This document shows positions 53,943-62,127 of a stretch of 64,000 bases of DNA, piece by piece. This DNA comes from Myxococcota bacterium (GTDB taxonomy: Bacteria; Myxococcota_A; UBA9160; UBA4427). The notes under the pieces were generated by a model. That model worked only from the letters and a program-made list of their open reading frames with translations, was not told where the DNA came from and did not search any database. The stretch covers positions 1,094,214 to 1,158,213 of the forward strand of contig CBDCWV010000018.1 of the NCBI GenBank assembly GCA_965223565.1, written 5' to 3'. How positions within the stretch are numbered: position 1 is the stretch's first letter; every line of letters begins with the position of its first letter. Position numbers and translations under genes: made by a program.

Positions 53943-55199
53943 TCAAGCCCGCTTGGCGATGCCGAGGAGTGGCTCGAAGAGCCATTCGACGAGTCGCCGT
54001 CGGTCGAGCCACACGTCGGCTTCGAGCAGCATTCCAGCCTGGAGGGGGAGCGCGTTCGCGTAGGCCATGACCGTCTGACGGTCGAGCGCGACGGTGACTC
54101 GGTACGCCGGCTCGTCCCCCGCGATCGGCAGGCTGGCTTCGTCTGGCGCGATCAACGTTCTGGAGATTTCGGTGACGCGTCCGTGGTGGAGGCCGAAACG
54201 CTGATAGGGAAAGGCTTGGTAGCGCAGAGAAACTCTCTGTTCGGGCTCGATGAAGCCGATCGAGCGACTCGGCACGAGCAGCTGTGCCTCGAGAATCGCG
54301 CCCTGCGGGAGGATCGAAAGCAGGAGCGTATTCGGCTGCGCGGTCTGGCCACGGTCCACGAGAATCGCAGTCGCGGTCCCATCGGCCGGTGCAGCGATCT
54401 CGATCGTGCGTCGAGACTGACGTTCCATGCGCTCCTGTTCGAGCGCTGCGATCTCGCGGCTGATCGAGGAACGTCGATTCTGGGCCTCGAGCTCCTGGGT
54501 GGCCGATCGTCGCTCGAGTGCCCCGAGCTCGGTCTCCAGTGAGACACGAGCGCGGCGCAGACTCTTCTCTCTCGCCCGCTGCGCAAGCCATAGCTCGCGG
54601 TGCTCCTCTGTTCGCGCCTTCGAGACGAGGTCCTGCGCGAGCAGCCTCCGGTAGCGTCGAAGCGTTCGCGCGGCGTTCGCGGTGCGCTGCTCCTGGATGC
54701 GAATCTCTGCGTCGAGCTGCGTCAGCTCCGCTCGAAAACCGTTCGCGCGTTCTCGCGCGGTGCCCAGAGCGATGGCGTCGATCGCGTCTTGCTTGTCACG
54801 CTCGTGTGACAGGCGTTCGCGCCGCTCTTCGATCATCTCGATCGCAGCGGCCTGCGTCTTGGCCGTCTCGCGCGACCCGCGTTCCGTGGACAGCAGGAAG
54901 AGTCGCTCACCGCGTCTGACCCGTTGGCCCTCGACGACGTGGCTCTCGACCAGCGTGCCCGCCTGTTGCGCATACACCTTGATCAAGCCGTGATCGGGTG
55001 TGAGATAGCCAGGAACCTGCGCCTTTCGCGTGTACTGCCCCAGGAAGACGAAGGCGACGAGCGACGCCGCAACTGCCGCTGACAGAAACGTGAGCAGTCC
55101 GCGCGAAGGGGATCGCGCGATGACGGCCTCACCGAGCGACTTCTCTCGATTGAAATCGAGCGCTTCGTGGCGAAAGAGTGATTCGTGGGATTCCGTCAT
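53943..55199 (-). CDS. HlyD-family membrane fusion (type I secretion adaptor, CvaA-like) protein
   Basis: MTESHESLFRHEALDF... followed by a single TM, a long coiled-coil, a barrel-sandwich region, and ...RRLVEWLFEPL. The stop is 1 nt from the ABC gene start. Confidence 0.9.
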   Translation of the reverse strand: MTESHESLFRHEALDFNREKSLGEAVIARSPSRGLLTFLSAAVAASLVAFVFLGQYTRKAQVPGYLTPDHGLIKVYAQQAGTLVESHVVEGQRVRRGERLFLLSTERGSRETAKTQAAAIEMIEERRERLSHERDKQDAIDAIALGTARERANGFRAELTQLDAEIRIQEQRTANAARTLRRYRRLLAQDLVSKARTEEHRELWLAQRAREKSLRRARVSLETELGALERRSATQELEAQNRRSSISREIAALEQERMERQSRRTIEIAAPADGTATAILVDRGQTAQPNTLLLSILPQGAILEAQLLVPSRSIGFIEPEQRVSLRYQAFPYQRFGLHHGRVTEISRTLIAPDEASLPIAGDEPAYRVTVALDRQTVMAYANALPLQAGMLLEADVWLDRRRLVEWLFEPLLGIAKRA

Positions 55200-55290
55200 G
55201 ACGATCCAGCCTGAGGATGAGGTGATCTGCGGACCGGATCGTCGGCGCCCGACCGCGACCGTCGCCGATTGTGCGGCGCCGAAACGAGCC

Positions 55291-55311
55291 GAGGACGCTT
55301 TGCGCGTCCCC
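55291..55311 (-). terminator. Hairpin between the precursor peptide gene and the HlyD gene (attenuator/partial terminator candidate)
   Basis: The minus strand reads GGGGACGC-GCAAA-GCGUCCUC, an 8-bp stem with one G-U pair, followed by GGCUCGUUUCGG. It lies 21 nt after the peptide stop. Confidence 0.4.
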
Positions 55312-55331
55312 GGCTGACAGCTCGGTCGACC

Positions 55332-55538
55332 TCAGCGACGAGCGACCTCTCGAACGCGACCGCGAAGGCTTCGCTTGGCGCGTCGAACGGCCTCTCTGAC
55401 CCGCGACTTGAAGGAACGTCCGCCCCTCCGGCGCGAGATCTTCTTGATGAGGGCGGCCTGGCCCCTCACGGCTTCGGCGATCGATCCGAAGATTCCGCCC
55501 GAAACCAGATCGAGCTCTCGAGTATCGAGTGTCCGCAT
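55332..55538 (-). CDS. Double-glycine-leader peptide precursor (68 aa): 15-aa leader plus a 53-aa Arg-rich core
   Basis: MRTLDTRELDLVSGG | IFGSIAEAVRGQAALIKKISRRRGGRSFKSRVREAVRRAKRSLRGRVREVARR. GGAG Shine-Dalgarno 5 nt upstream, preceded by an unusually AT-rich leader (AAACCAACAAAATGGAG). It lies directly upstream of, and on the same strand as, the HlyD and C39-ABC genes. Confidence 0.75.
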   Translation of the reverse strand: MRTLDTRELDLVSGGIFGSIAEAVRGQAALIKKISRRRGGRSFKSRVREAVRRAKRSLRGRVREVARR

Positions 55539-55690
55539 GTCGTCTCCATTTTGTTGGTTTCCACTTCGCGACCAGGCGGAGAGCCCGCGCCGGTCATTCG
55601 ATTACCGGCAGCACCGCCTGCCAGGGTCGCGTGTGTACTTCCATCGAAGTGGAGCCGAGGTTCACGGAGAATCACCGTGTCCGTCGTGTC

Positions 55691-55714
55691 GGAGGAACGA
55701 GGTGTCGTTCCCCC
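55691..55714 (-). terminator. Strong hairpin downstream of the choice-of-anchor gene
   Basis: The minus strand reads GGGGGAACGA-CACC-UCGUUCCUCC, about 10 bp including a G-U pair with a tetraloop, roughly 40 nt after the stop at 55753. There is no U-tract. Confidence 0.4.
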
Positions 55715-55752
55715 AAAGGGCCGATCGTCCCCGTGGAGGACCGAAGCTTTCG

Positions 55753-57672
55753 TCAGGGGACGCGCGAGGCCGAGCAATCGCAGCTTGAGCGTGTCCGGGA
55801 ACGCCACCCTGCGAGACTCGCGACCGCACACGCGAGTGCCATCCCAAAGCCCGGCTCCGGCAGGTATTCGTAGGCGCCCATGTCGCATTCGCGATCACCG
55901 TCGAAGTTTCCGTCGACCGGCCTGAATGCGCCCCGCTGGTCGTATTCGGCGGGACCGGCGCCGGGCGCGGGGCAGCGGCCCGCGTCGATCGCGGGACTCG
56001 TTCCGGCGAGGGGTTGGACCGAGGACCAGCCGTCTTCGAAGAAGGGCAGAAAATTCGGATTGGCGAAGTAGATCATCCCGGTATGCAAGCCACCGATGCC
56101 GCAAGGGGTTCCCGTAAAGATTGGGCCCGGGACCTCGATCAGGCTGTTTGCGCCGTTCGAGAACTGACCGATACAATCCGGATAGTCGCCTCCGACCACC
56201 TCGTTGTCTGCGACGATCGAGTTGACGAGCGCCGTAGTCCAATTCGTGTTCGAGCCCAGGTAGATCCCGCCCCCGTCGCCGTAGATGTTCCCGGTCCATC
56301 CGTCGGCGTTGGCGATGTTTTCTGTGACTGTCACGTGATCGAGTCGCAGATCGGATCCCGGCGAATAGATGCCACCGCCGTGGGCGTCAGCGGCGTTCCC
56401 CACGATCGAGACGTTCTCCAAATCCACGTCGTTTCCTGCGCCATAGAGATAGATCCCGCCGCCGAGACCGTGGGACGTGTTGTCGTAGATTGCGGAATTG
56501 CGCATCTCCAGTTCCGCATTGCTGAGGAAGATTCCGCCTCCGGTGTCCGCGGCCAGGTTGTTTCGCACGGCGACGCGCTCGAGCAGGATCGGTTCGATCC
56601 CTCCATTGATTGCGAGTCCACCCCCGTCGCCTCCTGTGTACGGTGAACTGCTATAGGCACTATTCGATGCGATCTCACTGCGGCTGATCTCGAGGATGGC
56701 GCCGTACGAGTACACGCCTCCCCCCCGTGCATCCCTTGTCGCGGAGAGGTTCTGTGCGAGGTTGCCCTCGATCAAGGTATCCGAGATGCGCAGCTCCCCG
56801 TCGCCGCGGTTGGCGACGCCGCCTCCGTACACGAAGCTGATGTCATTGAGGCCCCTCGCGCTGTTCGACGTGATCTGCGTCCCGCCGTCGAGTGTGACCA
56901 GGCCGTCCAGGTTGTAGATGCCTCCGCCGACCCCGGTCGCGAGATTGGAATGGACGACTGCGCCGCTCAATCGCATCTCGGGCGTCTCCGTCCAGTAGCT
57001 CGAACTCGAGCTCTGCGTGAGACCGCCTCCGATCGGTGCCTCGTTGTCGCTCACGATCAATCCGCCCGGACTCACGAGGCGCGCATGGTTCTTGATGCCG
57101 CCCCCGGCAAAGTCAGCTTCGTTGTCTCGGATCGTGACATCCTGGAGCACTACGGTTGCGCTGAAGTTGCTGAGCCCGCCCCCGCCGCCGCCTCGATTCG
57201 ACTCGAGCGTGACGCGGTCGAAGCGGACCGTGATCAGCTCAGAGGTTGGACCGACCACGACGCCCCCACCGTCGGAGACCGTATCCCCATGGCGAATCGT
57301 CAGATCGCGAAACTGCACATCATCGTCGGTGTCGACGCGAAAGACCCGTCCCGCGCTCATCCCGGGTGCCGCCGCGGCCTGCACGATCGTCTGGCTCTGG
57401 GAGGTGCCCGCGATCGTGACCGATCTCAGGACGACAATGTTGGCTTCGGTGTGGGGCGAGGTCATCTGCAGCTGGATCGTGTCACCCGCCGAAGCCCCAA
57501 TGATGGCGGACTGGATCGTCGTGTAGTCGCACGTCGCGGGGCAGACGGTCCAGGTTGCGGCGTTGGCGTTCTTCGCCGAAAGACCGCCTACGGCGATCGT
57601 GAGCAATCCGAAGAGCAAGCCAGCGTTCATTCCTGCTGTTGCTCGCATTGCGATCCAGTTCCCTACGATCAT
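55753..57672 (-). CDS. Choice-of-anchor-Q-like beta-helix protein with a PEP-CTERM tail
   Basis: GGGAG Shine-Dalgarno before ATG 57672. Signal ...TIAVGGLSAKNANA. Many GGG(I/V)(Y/F) turns typical of Pmp-like beta-helices. Contains YDQRGAFRPVDGNFDGDRECDMGAYEY. C-terminus LPEPGFGMALACAVASLAGWRSRTR plus a 12-aa tail. Confidence 0.8.
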   Translation of the reverse strand: MIVGNWIAMRATAGMNAGLLFGLLTIAVGGLSAKNANAATWTVCPATCDYTTIQSAIIGASAGDTIQLQMTSPHTEANIVVLRSVTIAGTSQSQTIVQAAAAPGMSAGRVFRVDTDDDVQFRDLTIRHGDTVSDGGGVVVGPTSELITVRFDRVTLESNRGGGGGGLSNFSATVVLQDVTIRDNEADFAGGGIKNHARLVSPGGLIVSDNEAPIGGGLTQSSSSSYWTETPEMRLSGAVVHSNLATGVGGGIYNLDGLVTLDGGTQITSNSARGLNDISFVYGGGVANRGDGELRISDTLIEGNLAQNLSATRDARGGGVYSYGAILEISRSEIASNSAYSSSPYTGGDGGGLAINGGIEPILLERVAVRNNLAADTGGGIFLSNAELEMRNSAIYDNTSHGLGGGIYLYGAGNDVDLENVSIVGNAADAHGGGIYSPGSDLRLDHVTVTENIANADGWTGNIYGDGGGIYLGSNTNWTTALVNSIVADNEVVGGDYPDCIGQFSNGANSLIEVPGPIFTGTPCGIGGLHTGMIYFANPNFLPFFEDGWSSVQPLAGTSPAIDAGRCPAPGAGPAEYDQRGAFRPVDGNFDGDRECDMGAYEYLPEPGFGMALACAVASLAGWRSRTRSSCDCSASRVP

Positions 57673-57909
57673 CTCGATCTCCCGATCCGGAACGCGCTCG
57701 CGCTCGCGTTTCCGATCGGAGCAATACGCTACGCACGCGCCGCCATGCCCACCGTGAAGGGCTTCACACATCGCGCGGTGCTTCCTGAGGGGAATCGTCT
57801 CGCTTCATTCGATTGGCGCACGCTCCCGACGGCGTACCCTTTCGCCGTAGGACGACGACTGACGACGAGGACGTGCGGAGAATCCGACGTGGGTCCCGGG
57901 AGGCCGATC

Positions 57910-59160
57910 ATGAGTCGAAGGATGGAAGCGCGCTCTGGGGCTTGTGTCGAACGCCTGTCGTCAGGCGCGCCCTCCGTCGAGCGAAATCGGTGCGATCTGG
58001 GCGCCAGCTGGACCTTTCGTCTGCTGCTCGCGGTCGTGGCGTTCGCGCCTGCCGCACACGGACAGATCGAGAACATGATCGAGATCCAGACGCTCTCGGC
58101 GGCCGATGCAGGCGGTTGTTATGTCGGAGCCTCCGGCTCGGACGCCACGATGTTCATCCGGGCGGCGCCCGGTGGCACGACTTGTGATTTCGGCGACCTG
58201 AATCCGAACTTCTGTCTCCACCGTCGGGAATTTCCCGCCGATGGGGCGGATGGAGCAGCCGTCAGCTTCAGCGACATGGCCTTGCTGCGTCCGACGCTTC
58301 AGGGCGACGGCGAAGTCGTCTGGTTCGTGAACAATCTCGACCTCTGCGTGATGTTCAGCAACCAGGTGCAGCAGGACGCGTGCTACATGCTGCCGCCGAC
58401 GTTCTTCGTGAACTCGGTTGCCGTCCAGCCTCAGGGCGCCCTGCTCGGGATGGTTCCGCGTGACCTGTTCAACATCAACGTGCCGGCCAATGCGATCCAG
58501 GTCTTCGGTATCGGGAGCTTTCCGAGCCTGACGCTCCTGGCCACTCTCCAGTTCACGAACCCGCTCGTCTATCCGGAGACGCTCGACTTCATGACCCGTG
58601 GGTCTTGGATCGTCTTCGACGCGTCGACGACGCCGACGGCGGGAGGTGCGTGGGGATTGTACCTGGTGAATCGCGTCACGGGTGCCTTCCGCACGCTGGC
58701 TGCCCCCGTCGCCGGCTACGAGCTGCGCAATCCGGTCTTCGGCCAAACGAGCGACGACGTGATCGCCTTCGATGCGATCGATACCAGCACGGGTCAGGCA
58801 ACCGTGCTGACCGCAGACATCGTCAGCGGCGCCGTGCGCAAGGTCGCCGAGCTGGCGACGCCGATGGGCGTTCCGACCTTCAATGGCGACGATTCTGCGC
58901 TCGTCTTCAACCGGGAGGATGCGAGCGTTTTCTCGACCGTCTCGCTGCGCGAACGACCGCTATCGGCCGATCGGATCACCCCGACCGGCAGCGAGACGGC
59001 CCATGTCGCGAACGGAGGCTACGCGACGATCTACCGTCGCGGCGCGTTCGACGACTCGGCGGTGGCATGCCCAGAACCCGGCATGGTCACTGGGCTCGCG
59101 ATTTCGTTGCTCTGGATGCGTCTCGCCCCGCGTCGAAGCGGGCGACGAGGGCTTCTCTGA
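57910..59160 (+). CDS. PEP-CTERM secreted hypothetical protein (beta-rich, possibly propeller-like)
   Basis: GGGAGG Shine-Dalgarno. Signal ...FRLLLAVVAFAPAAHGQ. C-terminus ACPEPGMVTGLAISLLWMRLAPRRSGRR. The first 320 codons of the track ORF are antisense shadow of the previous gene. Confidence 0.7.
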   Translation: MSRRMEARSGACVERLSSGAPSVERNRCDLGASWTFRLLLAVVAFAPAAHGQIENMIEIQTLSAADAGGCYVGASGSDATMFIRAAPGGTTCDFGDLNPNFCLHRREFPADGADGAAVSFSDMALLRPTLQGDGEVVWFVNNLDLCVMFSNQVQQDACYMLPPTFFVNSVAVQPQGALLGMVPRDLFNINVPANAIQVFGIGSFPSLTLLATLQFTNPLVYPETLDFMTRGSWIVFDASTTPTAGGAWGLYLVNRVTGAFRTLAAPVAGYELRNPVFGQTSDDVIAFDAIDTSTGQATVLTADIVSGAVRKVAELATPMGVPTFNGDDSALVFNREDASVFSTVSLRERPLSADRITPTGSETAHVANGGYATIYRRGAFDDSAVACPEPGMVTGLAISLLWMRLAPRRSGRRGLL

Positions 59161-59378
59161 TCGGAGCGTCGACGGAATCGGTGGAGCTCGATCGCGGCGG
59201 GTGTCGATCGATGATCTTCTTCGCTCATAGGTGCGGCTTCGATCGTCGTCTCTGTATCCAAGACATAACGCATGCCAGGTGCCGATTGGATGCCATCGTG
59301 CCGCGCGGGCGTTCGCGTTTCATCTTCATCGAAGCGCCGGCCCGGTCTGTCGGGTCAAGCCGACCGCACCTCGCGCCG

Positions 59379-60008
59379 ATGTCGACCATCATGCGTTCTC
59401 AGCACTCGAACCTACGCAAATCGATCTGCTTCCTGACGACCGTCGTATCGATCGGCCTGGTATCGACGCCCGCGATCGCAATCGACGGGCGCGATATGAC
59501 GGTGCGACGCCGAAATACATTCGATCAGCACGTCCGTGATCGCGAGGCGAGGGAGCGGCGCGAGAGATACGCTGCCGAGCAGGCGGCCTACGAGGCGGAG
59601 CTCGCGAAGGATCGAGAGGAGCGCAGACAGCGACGCCGAAACGGCGGCAAGACCGACGAAGAGATCGAGCTCGAGAATTTCGGTACGCGAACGCTCGGGG
59701 GAGCCTGCATGTACGGAACCAAGGGTGAGGTGATCTACCGCCCACGCGGTGCGACCTGCAAGGGCGACGCCCCACGGCCTCTCGCCGACGAACAGCTTCC
59801 AGCGTCGGAGGCGCCAGCCCCTCGGAGCGCTGCACCGACACGCAAGAGCCGCCCTGACGCAAGGAGGGTCGAGGCGTCGCCTGGGAGCCGGAGCGGCAGC
59901 TCGCTGACGGAAGGGCCGCGACGCGGGACTCGCCGGAAGCCGCGCTGCGTTTGGGTCGATGGCCGTATCGCGTTCCAGCCCGAGGGCGTCGACTGCTACG
60001 CGAATTGA
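59379..60008 (+). CDS. Secreted hypothetical protein with a charged low-complexity centre and four Cys
   Basis: Signal ...ICFLTTVVSIGLVSTPAIA. RE-rich segment (RDREARERRERYAAEQAAYEAELAKDREERRQRRR). Two Cys pairs. The start could be 59379 or 59391, and there is no clear Shine-Dalgarno. Confidence 0.5.
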   Translation: MSTIMRSQHSNLRKSICFLTTVVSIGLVSTPAIAIDGRDMTVRRRNTFDQHVRDREARERRERYAAEQAAYEAELAKDREERRQRRRNGGKTDEEIELENFGTRTLGGACMYGTKGEVIYRPRGATCKGDAPRPLADEQLPASEAPAPRSAAPTRKSRPDARRVEASPGSRSGSSLTEGPRRGTRRKPRCVWVDGRIAFQPEGVDCYAN

Positions 60009-60313
60009 GCGCGCCCGCGACCTGGAGCTCGCCGATCTCGATACGCAGTGATCGGCGCATCGTGAGCCCGGAGACTCGCCTAGCAACGAGCGCAACCCGG
60101 TGGGTCGCCACTCCGATCCACATGTGGAAGCCAGCGAGCCGCCGAATCGGCGTCGGCGAGGCGGCTGCCTCGAGCACGCCCGATTGATCGCACGCGACGC
60201 GCACGGCGGATGCGCGCTTTGCGCAAGTTGGAGGGCTGCGCGCGCACTGGCGAATCGTCTATCTTGTCTGCGCTCGTCAGACTCGCCTCACCAAGCGTCG
60301 ACAGGAGAAGGAC

Positions 60314-62077
60314 ATGTTCGATCTCAAGATCAGCGGTGGCACCATCATCGACGGAACGGGCCAGCCCGGCTTCACGGGCGACGTCGCGATCGAGGGTGGC
60401 ACGATCGCCGCCGTCGGCCCTCGGGTCGAAGGTGAGGCGCGCGAGACCGTGGACGCGACGGGGCTCCTCGTCACGCCAGGCTTCGTCGACATCCACACCC
60501 ACTACGATGGTCAGGCGACCTGGGACTCCCTGCTCGATCCTTCGGCGAGTCATGGTGTGACGACCGTCGTCGCGGGAAATTGCGGTGTCGGCTTCGCGCC
60601 CGTCCGACCGGGTGACGAGAAGCGATTGATCGAGATGATGGAGGGTGTCGAGGACATTCCGGGTACGGCCCTGTACGAGGGCATCCAGTGGAGTTGGGAG
60701 AGATTTCCCGAGTATCTGGATGCACTCGATCGGCGCGAGTACGCGATGGACATCGCTGCCTTCATGCCCCACGCACCCCTTCGTCTCTACGTGATGGGTG
60801 ATCGTGGCGAGCGCAACGAAGCAGCGACGGAAGAAGATATCGCAGCGATGGCGCAGCACGTACGCGAGGCGATCGCCGCCGGGGCTGTCGGTTTCTCGAC
60901 GTCCCGATCACTCAACCACAAGACGCTCGAGGGTGATCTCGTCGCCGGCACCTTCGCGGGCCAGGACGAGCTGGAAGGACTCGCCAAGGCACTGCTCGAG
61001 GCCGGCGGGGGCCTCTTCGAGGTCGTGCCGCAGGGCGAGACGGGAGACGACGAGGCGTTGATCCTCGGAGAAATCGAGCTGCTCGCAAGGGTCTCGAGGC
61101 AGACGGGCGTCGAGATCTCTTTCTTGATGGTGCAGGCGGGAGGCGCTCCCGATCTCTGGCGCAAGCAGCTCGAGGCCACGGCGCGCGCCAATGCGAAGGG
61201 GGCGCGACTCGTGCCCCAGGTCGGGGGCCGCCCGGGTGGCATGTTGATCGGAATCCCGAGCTACCACGGCTTCATGCGACGGCCGACGTTTCGTCGTCTC
61301 GAATCCGAGCTCTCCGGCGAGGCACTCCTCGAAGCGCTTCGACGGTCGGAGAACCGAGCCGCGATTCTCGCGGAGGAAGACCTTCCGGCGACTTCGTCGG
61401 AGCAATTCGCAGCGATGACCGAGAACATGGATTTTCTGTTCTCGCAGATGTACCCGCTCGGGGATCCACCGGACTACGAGCAGACGCCGGATTGTTCGAT
61501 CGCGGGTGTTGCGAAGGCGACGGGGAGAGACCCCTGGGAGGTCCATTACGATCTCCTCGTCTCGGGAAAATGGACGCTCGGAGCCTTCACCAACTACGCG
61601 CAGGCGAGCCAGGAACCGCTTCGGGCGATGATCACCGATCCGTCGACGGTGCTCGGCCTGTCGGATGGCGGAGCGCACGTACGCATGATCTGTGATGCTT
61701 CACTCCCGACCTATCTCCTGACCCATTGGGCGCGGGATCGCAAGCGCGGCGAACGGATTCCACTCGAGACACTGATCCACAAGCAATGTGCTGCGACTGC
61801 GAAGGCGGTCGGTCTGCACGATCGTGGGACGATCGAAGTGGGTCGCAAGGCAGATCTCAACGTCATCGATTTCGAGAAGCTCTCGCTCGACGTGCCCCGC
61901 TCGGTCGACGATCTGCCGGCGGGCGGCCGCCGCATCCTCCAGGACGCGAGTGGCTACGTCGCGACGATCGTGAGCGGCGTCATCACGCGGCGGGGCGATC
62001 GGGATACCGGGGCGCGACCCGGTCGTCTGGTTCGCGTCGACCATGGCTCGAGCGATTCGTCGTCGATCGCGACCTGA
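60314..62077 (+). CDS. N-acyl-D-amino-acid deacylase (D-aminoacylase) / amidohydrolase-3 family protein
   Basis: MFDLKISGGTIIDGTGQPGFTGDVAIEGGTIAAVG...GLLVTPGFVDIHTHYDGQ. 587 aa. AGGAGAAGG Shine-Dalgarno. Confidence 0.9.
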   Translation: MFDLKISGGTIIDGTGQPGFTGDVAIEGGTIAAVGPRVEGEARETVDATGLLVTPGFVDIHTHYDGQATWDSLLDPSASHGVTTVVAGNCGVGFAPVRPGDEKRLIEMMEGVEDIPGTALYEGIQWSWERFPEYLDALDRREYAMDIAAFMPHAPLRLYVMGDRGERNEAATEEDIAAMAQHVREAIAAGAVGFSTSRSLNHKTLEGDLVAGTFAGQDELEGLAKALLEAGGGLFEVVPQGETGDDEALILGEIELLARVSRQTGVEISFLMVQAGGAPDLWRKQLEATARANAKGARLVPQVGGRPGGMLIGIPSYHGFMRRPTFRRLESELSGEALLEALRRSENRAAILAEEDLPATSSEQFAAMTENMDFLFSQMYPLGDPPDYEQTPDCSIAGVAKATGRDPWEVHYDLLVSGKWTLGAFTNYAQASQEPLRAMITDPSTVLGLSDGGAHVRMICDASLPTYLLTHWARDRKRGERIPLETLIHKQCAATAKAVGLHDRGTIEVGRKADLNVIDFEKLSLDVPRSVDDLPAGGRRILQDASGYVATIVSGVITRRGDRDTGARPGRLVRVDHGSSDSSSIAT

Positions 62078-62127
62078 GCTATCGGCACCATTCGAGCTGT
62101 TGGCACCATCTGAGCCGTTGGCATCGC

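Noticed and set aside
55605-55624. Sigma54-like TGGCAG...GCTGC string upstream of the precursor peptide gene
   Set aside because: The GG-to-GC spacing is off by one from the canonical GG-N10-GC, and the sequence is equally explained as a small GGCAG/CTGCC hairpin. No enhancer-binding protein gene is nearby.
56950-57909. N-terminal 320 codons of the 736-aa plus-strand ORF 56950..59160
   Set aside because: It is antisense to the choice-of-anchor/beta-helix gene. The real gene begins at ATG 57910, which has a GGGAGG Shine-Dalgarno followed by a signal peptide.
62078-62127. Imperfect ~15-18-nt tandem repeat (GGCACCATTCGAGCT / GTTGGCACCATCTGAGCC / GTTGGCATCGCC) between convergent genes
   Set aside because: It has only about 2.5 degenerate copies within a 50-nt convergent spacer. 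That is too short and divergent for a CRISPR, REP or VNTR call. It was noted only as a curiosity.
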